Shown in pieces: positions 41,058-50,544 of a DNA stretch of 64,000 bases. The DNA comes from an uncultured Ignavibacteriota bacterium (GTDB lineage Bacteria; Bacteroidota; Ignavibacteria; UBA10030; UBA8401). Below the pieces are notes generated by a model, which was given only the letters and a program-made list of their open reading frames with translations, did no database searches and was not told where the DNA came from. The position numbers and the translations under genes are program-made. Each line of letters opens with the position of its first letter. Position 1 is the first letter of the stretch. The stretch spans positions 1,539-65,538 of the forward strand of contig CAISDA010000040.1 in the NCBI GenBank assembly GCA_903884005.1. Reading direction: 5' to 3'.

Positions 41058-41086
41058 TTGATTTTAATCCATGATTTCATTATTTT
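41058..41086 (+). promoter_or_regulatory. Candidate promoter TTGATT-N17-TATTTT for the nif3-like operon
   Basis: Same architecture as the candidates at 2729 and 50473. Located in the AT-richer divergent region between psd and the nif3-like gene. Confidence 0.3.
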
Positions 41087-41203
41087 AATACAATGATAAA
41101 CCAAATGAGTACACGACTTGTGAAGACAAGGATCCTGACAATCATAACAGACTGCGGAACGAGCAATTTTTCTGCCGTGAGTGAGCAACGTAAATTTTAA
41201 GAA

Positions 41204-41236
41204 TGTCCCGACTATAAAGAGCGGGACATTTTTTTT
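41204..41236 (+). terminator. Terminator-like hairpin plus U8 in the leader, 15 nt upstream of the nif3-like start
   Basis: tgtcccgACTATAAAGAgcgggaca followed by TTTTTTTT. The GTCCCG/CGGGAC stem is the same as in the rimP leader hairpin. Confidence 0.5.
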
Positions 41237-41251
41237 GACCGGACCTGTGCC

Positions 41252-42358
41252 ATGACGATCGCCGAATGCACGCAGCTCTTTGAACGAACGACGCCGCCGG
41301 GCACCGCGTGGAAGCACGACAATATCGGCCTGCTCGTCGGGCGCAGCGACGCCGTCATCACGAATATTCTTGTCACGCTCGATGTGACGATGGACACGGC
41401 GAAAGAGGCCCTGCGCAGGAAGGCGAATCTGATCGTCGCACATCATCCGGTCATTTTCCGTCCGCTCTCGGCGGTGACGTCGTCGAGCCGCACCGGGGCG
41501 CTGGTGATGTTTCTCATCGAAAACAATATCGCCGTCTATGCGGCGCATACGAATTTCGACAGCGTCCGTCACGGCGTCAGCTTCGCTCTCGCGGCCGCTC
41601 TCGGTCTGCAGTCGTGTGTCGTCCTGTCTCCGATGAAGGACAGTTTCACGAAGATCACGGTCTTCGTTCCCGCATCGCACGCCGAACAGGTCGCCCGCGC
41701 GATGCACGCTGCGGGCGGCGGCATGTTTTCGAACTATGAGCACTGCAGTTTCCGCGCTGAAGGCGTGGGCACGTTCACGGCCATTGGAGATGCGCGTCCG
41801 TACATCGGACACCGCGGGGTGCCTGAAACAACGCCGGAGATCAGGCTCGAGATGCTTGTCGAACGCTGGAAGGTGAACGCCGTCGTCGCGGCGATGCGCC
41901 AGGCGCATCCGTACGAGGAGATCGCCTTCGACGTGTATGCGCTGGAAAACACAAACAGCGAATACGGTCTCGGTGCACTCGGCATGCTGCCTCGCGCCGT
42001 GGCGGGGCGGAAATTGCTGTCGCTTGTCAAAGGCGCGCTCGGCGCCGAAGGACTCCGGTATGCCGGAGATGTACAGCGGCAGGTCACGCGCGTAGCCGTC
42101 TGCGGCGGCGGCGGAGGCGATCTTTTCGCCGATGCGCTCGCCGGCAATGCGGATGCCTTTGTGACGGCGGATCTGAAATATCATCAGATGCAGGACGCCT
42201 CCGCCGGCATGCTGGTGATCGATGCGGGACATTTTGAAACTGAACATATCGCGCTCGCCCCTCTCGCCGCACAACTGCGGAAGATCGGCATTGCAGCCGG
42301 CGCGCGCACGAAGACTTTTGTTGCACACAGCTCCACGAACCCGATTCATTTTTGTTAA
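41252..42358 (+). CDS. Nif3-family dinuclear metal center protein (YqfO/YbgI-like)
   Basis: Nif3 motifs (VAHHP, TNFD...) with an inserted PII-like domain; 368 aa. Confidence 0.85.
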   Translation: MTIAECTQLFERTTPPGTAWKHDNIGLLVGRSDAVITNILVTLDVTMDTAKEALRRKANLIVAHHPVIFRPLSAVTSSSRTGALVMFLIENNIAVYAAHTNFDSVRHGVSFALAAALGLQSCVVLSPMKDSFTKITVFVPASHAEQVARAMHAAGGGMFSNYEHCSFRAEGVGTFTAIGDARPYIGHRGVPETTPEIRLEMLVERWKVNAVVAAMRQAHPYEEIAFDVYALENTNSEYGLGALGMLPRAVAGRKLLSLVKGALGAEGLRYAGDVQRQVTRVAVCGGGGGDLFADALAGNADAFVTADLKYHQMQDASAGMLVIDAGHFETEHIALAPLAAQLRKIGIAAGARTKTFVAHSSTNPIHFC

Positions 42359-42421
42359 TGTTAACGGCGGCATGCGCTGAATCCACAGCGCCTTGCCGCC
42401 AATGAAGCTAAGGAGAGACCA

Positions 42422-43156
42422 TTGGAAGAAAGACTTCGTACATTGTACACGCTCCAAATGATCGATGCGAATTTATTTAAACTCGAAGAATCAAAAGGAG
42501 ATTTGCCGGGTATCGTTCGCCAGCTGCGCGAGGACGTCGCCGTGCTGGAAGATTCGATCAAACAAAAGCGGGACCTTATGTCGGAGACCGTCGCTGCCCG
42601 CAATAAAGCCGACGAAGACCTGATCGAGTTCACCGAAAAACTCGAACGCTACAAATCGCAGCAGTACCAGGTCCGCAACAATAAAGAGTACGACGCGATC
42701 ACCAAAGAGATCGAATTTGCGGTGGAATCGATCGCGACCCTTCAGAGCCAGTTTCTGTCATTTGAAGCCACCATGAGCTCGGCCACATTGGACATCGATG
42801 CGCTGACGTTGAAACTGGACGAGAAGCAGGAAGAACTCGCCGAGAAGGCGGTTGAACTGGCGAAAGTATCCGAGACGACCGAAGAAGAGGAGTCGAAACT
42901 CCGCTCGGCACGCGATACGGTTGCGGCCCTCGTCTCGCCGGAGGATATTGCGCAGTACGAACGCATCAGGAGCGCTCGAGGCATCGTTTCCGTCGCCGTG
43001 ATCTGGAAAAATAAATGCTGCAGCGGATGCAAGAACCAGATCCCGCCCCAGCACCTGATCGAGATCAGGAAGAATGACGCACTCTATATGTGCCAGCACT
43101 GCGGCCGCATGATCGTGTCCGATCAGCTTGCCACGACGGTGGACGCCGAAGTATGA
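42422..43156 (+). CDS. C4-type zinc-ribbon domain protein (DUF164 family) with coiled coil
   Basis: Long coiled-coil N-terminus and a C-terminal CxxC...CxxC ribbon (CSGCKNQI...CQHCGRMIV). Typical partner of nif3. Confidence 0.8.
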   Translation: MEERLRTLYTLQMIDANLFKLEESKGDLPGIVRQLREDVAVLEDSIKQKRDLMSETVAARNKADEDLIEFTEKLERYKSQQYQVRNNKEYDAITKEIEFAVESIATLQSQFLSFEATMSSATLDIDALTLKLDEKQEELAEKAVELAKVSETTEEEESKLRSARDTVAALVSPEDIAQYERIRSARGIVSVAVIWKNKCCSGCKNQIPPQHLIEIRKNDALYMCQHCGRMIVSDQLATTVDAEV

Positions 43157-43566
43157 AGCTTCGGGCATGGACAGACGGAGCGTCGCGCGGAAATCCGGGC
43201 GACGCAGGTATCGGTGTGATCGTGAAGGACGAAGCCGGCGTTGTTGTGCTGGAAGAGCGGCGCTATCTGGGCAAGACGACGAATAATCAGGCCGAGTATA
43301 CGGCACTCATTGTCTGCCTCGAAGCCGTCATCGCACGGAAGGAAACGCTGCAGTGCAGCGATCTCGCCGTCTTCGCCGACAGCGAACTCATGGTTAAGCA
43401 GCTCAAGGGCGAATATAAGGTGCGCGACGAGGGATTGAAGACGCACTACGCGCATGCGCGTCAGCTCCTGAGCACTGCGGGGTTCACGTTTTCGATCACC
43501 CATGTGCCCCGCGCCCAGAACAAGGAAGCCGACAAGCTCGCCAACGAAGGCATCGATTTCCGGTAA
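43153..43566 (+). CDS. rnhA: Ribonuclease HI
   Basis: RNase H fold with DEDD residues (TDGASRGNPG, NQAEYTAL, ADSELMVKQ, HVPRAQNKEADKLA). ATGA overlap with the upstream gene. Confidence 0.85.
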   Translation: MKLRAWTDGASRGNPGDAGIGVIVKDEAGVVVLEERRYLGKTTNNQAEYTALIVCLEAVIARKETLQCSDLAVFADSELMVKQLKGEYKVRDEGLKTHYAHARQLLSTAGFTFSITHVPRAQNKEADKLANEGIDFR

Positions 43567-43677
43567 GGTGCGCGACTGACATTCCGGGGTTAAAAGCATA
43601 ATGTCCGGCCTGCACTGCGAAGTGCATCACCGGCGCCGAACGAACCGACCGCGACATACTATTTTTTACGGAGGGAG

Positions 43678-43718
43678 CGCGTATGTGTCTGATGCCTGGT
43701 GCATCACACACATACGCG
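43678..43718. other. Long near-perfect hairpin (18-bp stem, 5-nt loop) in the rnhA-rnpB intergenic region
   Basis: cgcgtatgtgtctgatgc-CTGGT-gcatcacacacatacgcg. No trailing U tract on either strand. Confidence 0.4.
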
Positions 43719-43837
43719 CTTCATCTGCCGGCGCCTGCCCTCGTTGGCATAGCGCCCCAAACACAGAATTAATTCATTCATCTCTCATACTCACGCTGAC
43801 GTCACGGCTATCCACACCGGCAGACGGTGTGCGCACG

Positions 43838-44340
43838 TCAGGCAATCGCGTTAGTTGCATTTGTCAATTAAGGAGGAAAGTCCGAACTCTCTTCTCTTCT
43901 TTCACAAGAAGACAAGGGGCACGGTGCCGGATAACATCCGGGGGGAGCGATCCTACGGAAAGTGTCACAGAAAATATACCGTCCCGTCTGTACGACGGGA
44001 TAAGGGTGAAATGGTGCGTCCTGCAATCAAGCGGGATTAAAGTAAGAGCGCACCGCGTTTCCAGCAATGGAAACGGCATGACAAACCCCACCGAGAGCAA
44101 GACCATGTAGGTTCCGTTGTTCTCCCCGCGTTGAAAGCGCGGGAGAACGAAGAGATGCCCACTCAACGCTGTGCTCGACGCGCGGTGACGGAACGGGTAG
44201 GTCGCTTGAACCGCGCAGCAATGCGTCGGTCAGAGAAATGATTGCCTCTTCCCCCTTCCGCTGTGTGTCTATGGCGGTTGTAGGAACAGACAGAATTCGG
44301 CTTATCGACGCGCCGCTTCGGCTCGCCGGTCTGGAATGCC
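43838..44340 (+). ncRNA. rnpB: RNase P RNA (bacterial type A); boundaries approximate (+/- 30 nt)
   Basis: Recalled type A conserved blocks: AGGAGGAAAGTCCG (P4 5' strand); GGGCACGGTGCCGG and ATAACATCCGGGGGG; AGGGTGAAATGGTGCG...GTAAGAGCGCACC; ACAAACCCCACCGAGAGCAAG; ACAGAATTCGGCTTAT (P4 3' strand). Confidence 0.8.
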
Positions 44341-44427
44341 TTGATGTCACGTGAGATGGTGATGCTTTTTTTCATGCGGTGCCGGTTGTGATGCCTTGCG
44401 CATACGCCGTCATCTACTGGAGAAGGC

Positions 44428-46164
44428 ATGACAACAAAAAAAGAATACCGGTGGAGAACTGCCGCTCCGCCGCCCCTATCAGCTGTCGATCAGTTGGCAA
44501 AAGAACTGTCGCTGGCCCCGTCCCTCGCGTCGGTGCTGGTGAACCGCGGCATCGACACATTCGAGAAGGCACGGCTGTACTTTCGCCCGTCCCTGGACCA
44601 GCTCTATGATCCCTTCCTCATGGACGGCATGCATCTGGCTGTCACGCGGCTGCTCGCCGCACGGGCGCACAAGGAAAAGGTCGTTGTCTACGGCGATTAC
44701 GACGTGGACGGCACCAACAGCGCGGCGATGCTCTACTCGTTCTTCCTGGATATCGGCTGCGATACGTCGTACTATATTCCCGACCGCATCAAGGAGGGAT
44801 ATGGCATCACCAATTTCGGCATCGACCAGGCAAAAAATGCCGGCGCTTCGCTCATGGTCGCCATCGACTGCGGCATCACGGCAGCCGAGCAGGTGAAGTA
44901 TGCCACGAGCATCGGCATCGAGATGATCATCTGCGACCATCACGAACCGAGCGAGGATATTCCGCAAGCCATCGCAGTGCTCGATCCCCTGAAGCCCGGC
45001 TGCCTGTATCCGTTCAAGTATCTTTGCGGCTGCGGCGTCGGATTCAAATTCATCCAGGCCATTGCCCGCACGCTCGGCAACGAGTCCATGATTTTCCAGT
45101 ACACGGATTTTGTCGCGCTGGCAACCACGGCGGATATCGTTCCGCTCGTGTCCGAGAACAGGATCCTCGTCAAGTTCGGCCTCGACCTCATCAACGACAA
45201 ACCGCGGCCGGGCATTCGTGCGCTTATCGAAGGCGCCGGCCTCAAAGTCGGTTCGGTCCAGACGGGACAGATCGTGTTCGGCCTCGCGCCGCGCATCAAT
45301 GCTGTCGGCAGGCTCGGCGACGCCAAGCGCGCGGTGGAAATGCTCATCAGCAAGGATTACTACGCAGCCGTCGACATGGCGCGCGTACTCGAAGAAGAGA
45401 ATCTCACGCGCCGCAAGATCGACGAGGACGTGTTCATCCATGCGCAGCAACTGGCCAAAGACTATCTCGAAGTCGATGGGGCCATCATCCTCCATCAGGA
45501 GCAATGGCATCCCGGCGTCATCGGCATCGTGGCCTCGCGCATGGTCGAAAAATATTATCGTCCCGCCATCATGATGACGACCGTGGACGGCGTGGCCAAA
45601 GGGTCGGCGCGCAGCATCTCCGGCTTCAACATCCATCAGGCCCTCAAACGCGTGGAGGACAAGCTCCTGCAGTTCGGCGGACACAAGTACGCAGCCGGGT
45701 TGAGCGTGGCGATCGACCGGCTCGACGAATTCAAGGAGGCGTTCAATGCCGTCGTCAAGGAACTGCTTACCGACGATATCCTGACGCCGGAGATCATCAT
45801 CGATGCAGAATTGGATCTTGCGGATCTCACGCCGAAATATCTGCGCGTGCTCAAACAATTCGCCCCGTTTGGCCCGAAGAACATGCGGCCCGTGTTCGTT
45901 GCGCGCGGCGTCGAACTTGCCTCCGTCCCCCGCATTGTCGGGAAGAATCATCTCCGGATGAAAGTGAAACGCAACGGCCTCACATTCGATTGCATCGGCT
46001 TCGGCCTCGATTATCTCCGCGAACGCATCGAGCCGAGGCATTCGTTGTACGACATCGTCTTCTCGATCGACGAAAGCGATTTCACCGGATCGCAGGTGCC
46101 CCAGCTGAAAATGAAAGACCTGCGTCCGTCCGTTCCCCCCGTCACTGCCGATGTCCCGGACTGA
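44428..46164 (+). CDS. recJ: Single-stranded-DNA-specific exonuclease RecJ
   Basis: DHH (VYGDYDVDGTNS, ICDHHEP) and DHHA1 domains; 578 aa. Confidence 0.9.
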   Translation: MTTKKEYRWRTAAPPPLSAVDQLAKELSLAPSLASVLVNRGIDTFEKARLYFRPSLDQLYDPFLMDGMHLAVTRLLAARAHKEKVVVYGDYDVDGTNSAAMLYSFFLDIGCDTSYYIPDRIKEGYGITNFGIDQAKNAGASLMVAIDCGITAAEQVKYATSIGIEMIICDHHEPSEDIPQAIAVLDPLKPGCLYPFKYLCGCGVGFKFIQAIARTLGNESMIFQYTDFVALATTADIVPLVSENRILVKFGLDLINDKPRPGIRALIEGAGLKVGSVQTGQIVFGLAPRINAVGRLGDAKRAVEMLISKDYYAAVDMARVLEEENLTRRKIDEDVFIHAQQLAKDYLEVDGAIILHQEQWHPGVIGIVASRMVEKYYRPAIMMTTVDGVAKGSARSISGFNIHQALKRVEDKLLQFGGHKYAAGLSVAIDRLDEFKEAFNAVVKELLTDDILTPEIIIDAELDLADLTPKYLRVLKQFAPFGPKNMRPVFVARGVELASVPRIVGKNHLRMKVKRNGLTFDCIGFGLDYLRERIEPRHSLYDIVFSIDESDFTGSQVPQLKMKDLRPSVPPVTADVPD

Positions 46165-46226
46165 ACGGTGTAACAGGCGATATTTAAATTCATTCGTCAC
46201 TACGACAAGCCAAGGAGAAATATTTT

Positions 46227-46976
46227 ATGTCCGGACATTCCAAATGGGCAACGATCAAACGGAAGAAAGCCGTCACCGATTCGCGGCGCGGGAAACTTTT
46301 CACGCAGCTCATTAAAGAGATCACGATCGCGGCAAAGGCGGGCGGCGGCGATCCGGGAGGCAATCCGCGGCTGCGCCTGGCGATCGACAAAGGCAAGGCG
46401 GCCAACATGCCCGCCGAGAACATCAAGCGCGCCGTGCAAAAAGGCACCGGCGAACTTCCCGGCGTCAATTACGAAGAAATCACCTACGAAGTCTATGGAC
46501 CGGGCGGCACGGCCATCATCGTTGAGGTCGTGACAGACAACAAGAACCGGACGATCGCCGAACTGCGCTTCATGCTCGAACGCAAGGCCGGCAAACTCGC
46601 AGCCAGCGGTTCCGTCGCCTACCTGTTCCATAAAAAAGGCACCATCCACATTCCCCACGCCGGTTTGACCGAGGATGATGTGCTCGCCGTTGTGCTCGAT
46701 GCCGGCGCCGAAGACCTGGTCGCCGAGGGCGATGCGTTCGAGGTCACAACGTCCGTCGAGACGTTCGAGTCCGTCAAGAAAGCCCTGGAAGCGAAGAACA
46801 TTCCGATCGAGGACGCCGAATTGAGCATGGTCCCCGAGACTACCGTGCGGGTGGAAGGCCATGACGCCGAAAGAGTGCTGACGCTCATGGAAGCCCTCGA
46901 GGATCACGACGATACGCAGCACGTGTATGCGAATTTCGATATCGACGAAAAAGTGCTCGCCTCGTTTGGCGGCTGA
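46227..46976 (+). CDS. yebC: YebC/PmpR family DNA-binding transcriptional regulator
   Basis: MSGHSKWATIKRKKA N-terminus; 249 aa. Confidence 0.9.
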   Translation: MSGHSKWATIKRKKAVTDSRRGKLFTQLIKEITIAAKAGGGDPGGNPRLRLAIDKGKAANMPAENIKRAVQKGTGELPGVNYEEITYEVYGPGGTAIIVEVVTDNKNRTIAELRFMLERKAGKLAASGSVAYLFHKKGTIHIPHAGLTEDDVLAVVLDAGAEDLVAEGDAFEVTTSVETFESVKKALEAKNIPIEDAELSMVPETTVRVEGHDAERVLTLMEALEDHDDTQHVYANFDIDEKVLASFGG

Positions 46977-47008
46977 TGATTCCATCGTGCGTTCACCGTC
47001 ATTTTACT

Positions 47009-47551
47009 ATGATCATACTCGGTATCGACCCCGGCACACTGGTGACCGGATACGGCGTGGTTGAACGGAAGGGATCGGCGGTCAGGATGATCGCCTGCGG
47101 CATGGCGCGCAGTGCCCAGACCGACCCGATGCCGAAGCGCTTGAAAGCGATGTACGACGTTCTCTGCGCGGCGATCGAGCGATGGCATCCGGACGAGGCG
47201 GCGATCGAAACGGCATTCTACGGAAAGAACATCCAGTCCTCGCTTAAGATCGGACAGGCGCGCGGCGTCGCGATGCTCGCGGCCGTGAATCACGGCATGC
47301 CGGTCGCAGAATACGCTCCGCGTGAGATCAAGCGGGCGGTCACCGGCAACGGCGCAGCGACGAAGGAACAAGTGCAGTTCATGATCATGAAGATGCTCGC
47401 ACTGACAGCGCCGCCCGACGCGCTGGACATCTCGGACGCGCTCGCGACCGCCGTCACCCATGCGTTCCGCATCACCGCCGCACCCAGGTCGGGACACGCC
47501 GATTGGAAATCATTCATCGCGGCGCACCCCGAACGGGTGCTCTCGCAATAA
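47009..47551 (+). CDS. ruvC: Crossover junction endodeoxyribonuclease RuvC
   Basis: MIILGIDPGTLVTGYGVV N-terminus. Start trimmed from the ORF-track start. Confidence 0.9.
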   Translation: MIILGIDPGTLVTGYGVVERKGSAVRMIACGMARSAQTDPMPKRLKAMYDVLCAAIERWHPDEAAIETAFYGKNIQSSLKIGQARGVAMLAAVNHGMPVAEYAPREIKRAVTGNGAATKEQVQFMIMKMLALTAPPDALDISDALATAVTHAFRITAAPRSGHADWKSFIAAHPERVLSQ

Positions 47552-47576
47552 CGGATATACAGAAAGCAGCTCCATC

Positions 47577-48185
47577 ATGTCGCTCATCGCCCATCTCTCC
47601 GGCACGCTCGCAAAAAAAACGCCAACCGACGTCGTCATCGACGTCCAGGGCGTGGGGTATGCCGTCTGCATCTCGCTCTCGACGTACGAACAGCTGCCGG
47701 CCGAGCAGGCTCCCGTCACGCTCCTGACCCATCACCACATACGCGAAGAGAGTCAGCAGCTCTTCGGGTTCAGCACCGAAGGCGAACGCGATATATTCAG
47801 GCTCCTGATCTCCGTCTCCGGCATCGGCCCGAAAACGGCACAGACCATTCTCTCCGGCGTTGCTGCAAAGGATGTCGCACAAATGATCGCCGACAGCAAT
47901 GCATCGGGACTCACCTCGCTTCCGGGCATCGGAAAAAAAACGGCGGAACGCATGATCCTGGAACTTCGCGATAAGGTCGTGCGTATCGAGGCGGGGCCGA
48001 CATCGATGCGCTCGCCGTCATCGCCGACCGGGATGCGCGCCGATGCGGTGGCTGCGATCGTCTCACTCGGCTATTCTCGCGATCGGGCGGAAACTGCCGT
48101 GAATGCTGCGTTCTCCGAGCTGCGCGATGCGTCCCCCACGCTCGAAACGCTCTTGAAGCACGCGCTCAAAGCGGGCTCGCGCTGA
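47577..48185 (+). CDS. ruvA: Holliday junction DNA helicase RuvA
   Basis: MSLIAHLSGTL N-terminus and HhH motifs (SVSGIGPKTA, LPGIGKKTAERM). Start trimmed. Confidence 0.9.
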   Translation: MSLIAHLSGTLAKKTPTDVVIDVQGVGYAVCISLSTYEQLPAEQAPVTLLTHHHIREESQQLFGFSTEGERDIFRLLISVSGIGPKTAQTILSGVAAKDVAQMIADSNASGLTSLPGIGKKTAERMILELRDKVVRIEAGPTSMRSPSSPTGMRADAVAAIVSLGYSRDRAETAVNAAFSELRDASPTLETLLKHALKAGSR

Positions 48186-48258
48186 CACCGTTGTTCCTGG
48201 CGCCCGATGTGTTCTGTACGCCATTTTGTACTCGGACAAATTTATACTATAATATATC

Positions 48259-49416
48259 ATGCAAAGACAAAAACTGATCATCCTGTTCACCGTGTTCGTC
48301 GATGTCATCGGATTCGGCATCGTCATTCCGATCCTGCCATTTTATGTCTCCGAGTTCGGGGCGTCCGCGCTCATGGTGACGCTGCTCTTCTCCGCCTATT
48401 CGGTGTGTTCGTTCCTCAGCAGCCCGTTCCTCGGCGCGCTCTCCGACCGTGTCGGGAGACGCCCGGTGCTCCTGTTCAGCATCGCGTCGACGGCGGTGGG
48501 ATGGTTCGTCTTCGCCAGTGCCGCTGCGCTGCCCATGCTGTTTCTGGGAAGTATCATCGATGGCCTGGCCGCCGGAAATTTTTCTATCGCCCAAAATTAT
48601 CTCATCGACCTCTCGAAAGATGAAAAAGACAGAACGGCGAATATCGGTTTGCTCGGAGCGGCGTTCGGCATCGGGTTCACGCTCGGCCCCATGATCGGCG
48701 GCATGCTCAGCAAATTTTCACACGCCACCCCGTTCTGGTTCGCCGGCGGCCTCGCGACGGCGAATGTCATCATCGCCTATTTCACGCTTCCTGAAACCAA
48801 CTTCACACGCAGCACTAAAAAATTATCGTACCATCCGTTTGCGCCGCTCAAGAGCGCGCTGAAGGCAAAATATCTCCATCCGATGCTCCTCACGTGGATA
48901 TTTTTCGCGATCGCGCAGGTCGCAAGCCAGTCGCTCTTTGCGCTCTTCACGCATCGCGTGTTCGGGTTCACCTCGTTCACCACGGGACTCCTCTTCACCT
49001 GTCTCGGCGTCGTCGTCATCATCAATCAGGCTGCGCTGTTGAAGCGGTTTTGGCTGCCGAATTTTTCAGACGTTCAATTGGAAATGATCATGTTCGCCGG
49101 CCTCGCACTCGCCGTGGTCATGATCGCCTCCAAGCAGGAATGGCTCTTCCTCGCCGCGATCCCTCTTCTCGGCACGGGCCAGGGTATTTTGCGGACGGTC
49201 ATCACAAGCCGTATCGCCGGCGCCGTCGATGCGACGATGAAGGGAGAAGCGCTGGGAATCACAGCGTCCCTCATGTCCGCCTCCATGGCCATCGTCCCCG
49301 TCGCGGCCGGCGCCCTCTTCGAGATCAATCCCGCTATTCCCTATCTTCTCTCGGGCGTCGTGCTGCTGGGCGGCGTTTTCCTGTCGCGTATTAAACCACT
49401 TGTCGCCCCAGTCTGA
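48259..49416 (+). CDS. MFS transporter (DHA1-like)
   Basis: Twelve TM helices and the MFS motif GALSDRVGRRPVLL. Confidence 0.85.
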   Translation: MQRQKLIILFTVFVDVIGFGIVIPILPFYVSEFGASALMVTLLFSAYSVCSFLSSPFLGALSDRVGRRPVLLFSIASTAVGWFVFASAAALPMLFLGSIIDGLAAGNFSIAQNYLIDLSKDEKDRTANIGLLGAAFGIGFTLGPMIGGMLSKFSHATPFWFAGGLATANVIIAYFTLPETNFTRSTKKLSYHPFAPLKSALKAKYLHPMLLTWIFFAIAQVASQSLFALFTHRVFGFTSFTTGLLFTCLGVVVIINQAALLKRFWLPNFSDVQLEMIMFAGLALAVVMIASKQEWLFLAAIPLLGTGQGILRTVITSRIAGAVDATMKGEALGITASLMSASMAIVPVAAGALFEINPAIPYLLSGVVLLGGVFLSRIKPLVAPV

Positions 49417-49521
49417 AGGCAAAAATAAATATCGCCCCAGAGTAACTCACAGAAATTCGCAATGCTGCGTCCGCGAAACTAGTATTTTCATGCGGGGTGG
49501 TGAACCCCATATTCATGCACA

Positions 49522-50385
49522 CTACAGGACCGAGTGCAGCCACGCGCCGGTGAGTTCTACAATATGCGTCAGTGTCGCGCTTTCAGTGCGGTAGGGATGC
49601 TTCGCCCCGTACATATGTCCGACGCCGTCAAGACGCACAAACTGCGTCAGATGCTTGTCCGCATTGTCATACAGCAGTTCGGCCTCACGGATCTTTACCG
49701 GCACATCTTCCGTCCCGTGAACGATCAGGAGCGGCCTGCCAAGATGCGCTGCAGCGGCAACGAGATCGAACCTCTCCCTGTTATTCTGCGCGTCGGTGAG
49801 CAGGTCGATCCCCATGCGGAATGTGCTCTTGCCCGCCACTGAGTGCAGTTCCATGTATCCCTTCTCCTGCCACCGCTTCACCTGCTCCGGACTGTACCGG
49901 CTGAATGTGGACACGGAAGACCACAGCACTGCAGCATGCACGCGGAGATCTTCCCTTGCCGTCACCAGCGCGATCCCTCCGCCCCGCGAATGGCCCACGA
50001 TGCCGATCCGCGCCGGATCCATTCGGTCGCACGGCAGCGCGGCACGTGCAATGGCATCGAGGATCGTCCGCACATCCACTATCTCCAGGCTGATGGTGTT
50101 CCGTTCAAAGAGTTCGTGCTCTGTGAATTTCCGCGGGTCAACACCGATCCCGTTATGCGAAAAATTAAACACGATCGACACGAATCCCTGATCGGCTAAC
50201 CGTCTGCCGATGTGCGGGAACGGTCCCCAGTCTTTGAATGCTTTGAATCCGTGGCAGACTATGACCACGGGCAGAGGGCCCGGCCCGGCCGACGGCTTCC
50301 AGCGGATATCCCCGCGAAGCACCGCGCCCGAGGGCGTCGTGAGTTCACACTGTGTTTCACTGATAGTTGTTTCCATGGCACACAA
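49522..50385 (-). CDS. Alpha/beta hydrolase (dienelactone hydrolase / esterase-like)
   Basis: Nucleophile elbow GHSRGG, HGF oxyanion region, 287 aa. Confidence 0.75.
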   Translation of the reverse strand: MCAMETTISETQCELTTPSGAVLRGDIRWKPSAGPGPLPVVIVCHGFKAFKDWGPFPHIGRRLADQGFVSIVFNFSHNGIGVDPRKFTEHELFERNTISLEIVDVRTILDAIARAALPCDRMDPARIGIVGHSRGGGIALVTAREDLRVHAAVLWSSVSTFSRYSPEQVKRWQEKGYMELHSVAGKSTFRMGIDLLTDAQNNRERFDLVAAAAHLGRPLLIVHGTEDVPVKIREAELLYDNADKHLTQFVRLDGVGHMYGAKHPYRTESATLTHIVELTGAWLHSVL

Positions 50386-50472
50386 GATACAAAAATATCT
50401 TCACACCGTCGAGGATTCAAAGAAGGAAAGCCGGTAAAAAGTGCGGGCATCGGCATATGCAGTGAAAATTAA

Positions 50473-50501
50473 TTGACTTTTTCACAAAAATTTAATATTT
50501 T
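50473..50501 (+). promoter_or_regulatory. Candidate promoter TTGACT-N17-TATTTT for prs
   Basis: TTGACT at 50473-50478, 17-nt spacer, TATTTT at 50496-50501, about 45 nt upstream of the prs ATG. Confidence 0.35.
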
Positions 50502-50544
50502 ATGGTTCTTAAGTTCCAAAATTATTTGGAAAGAGGACCATACG

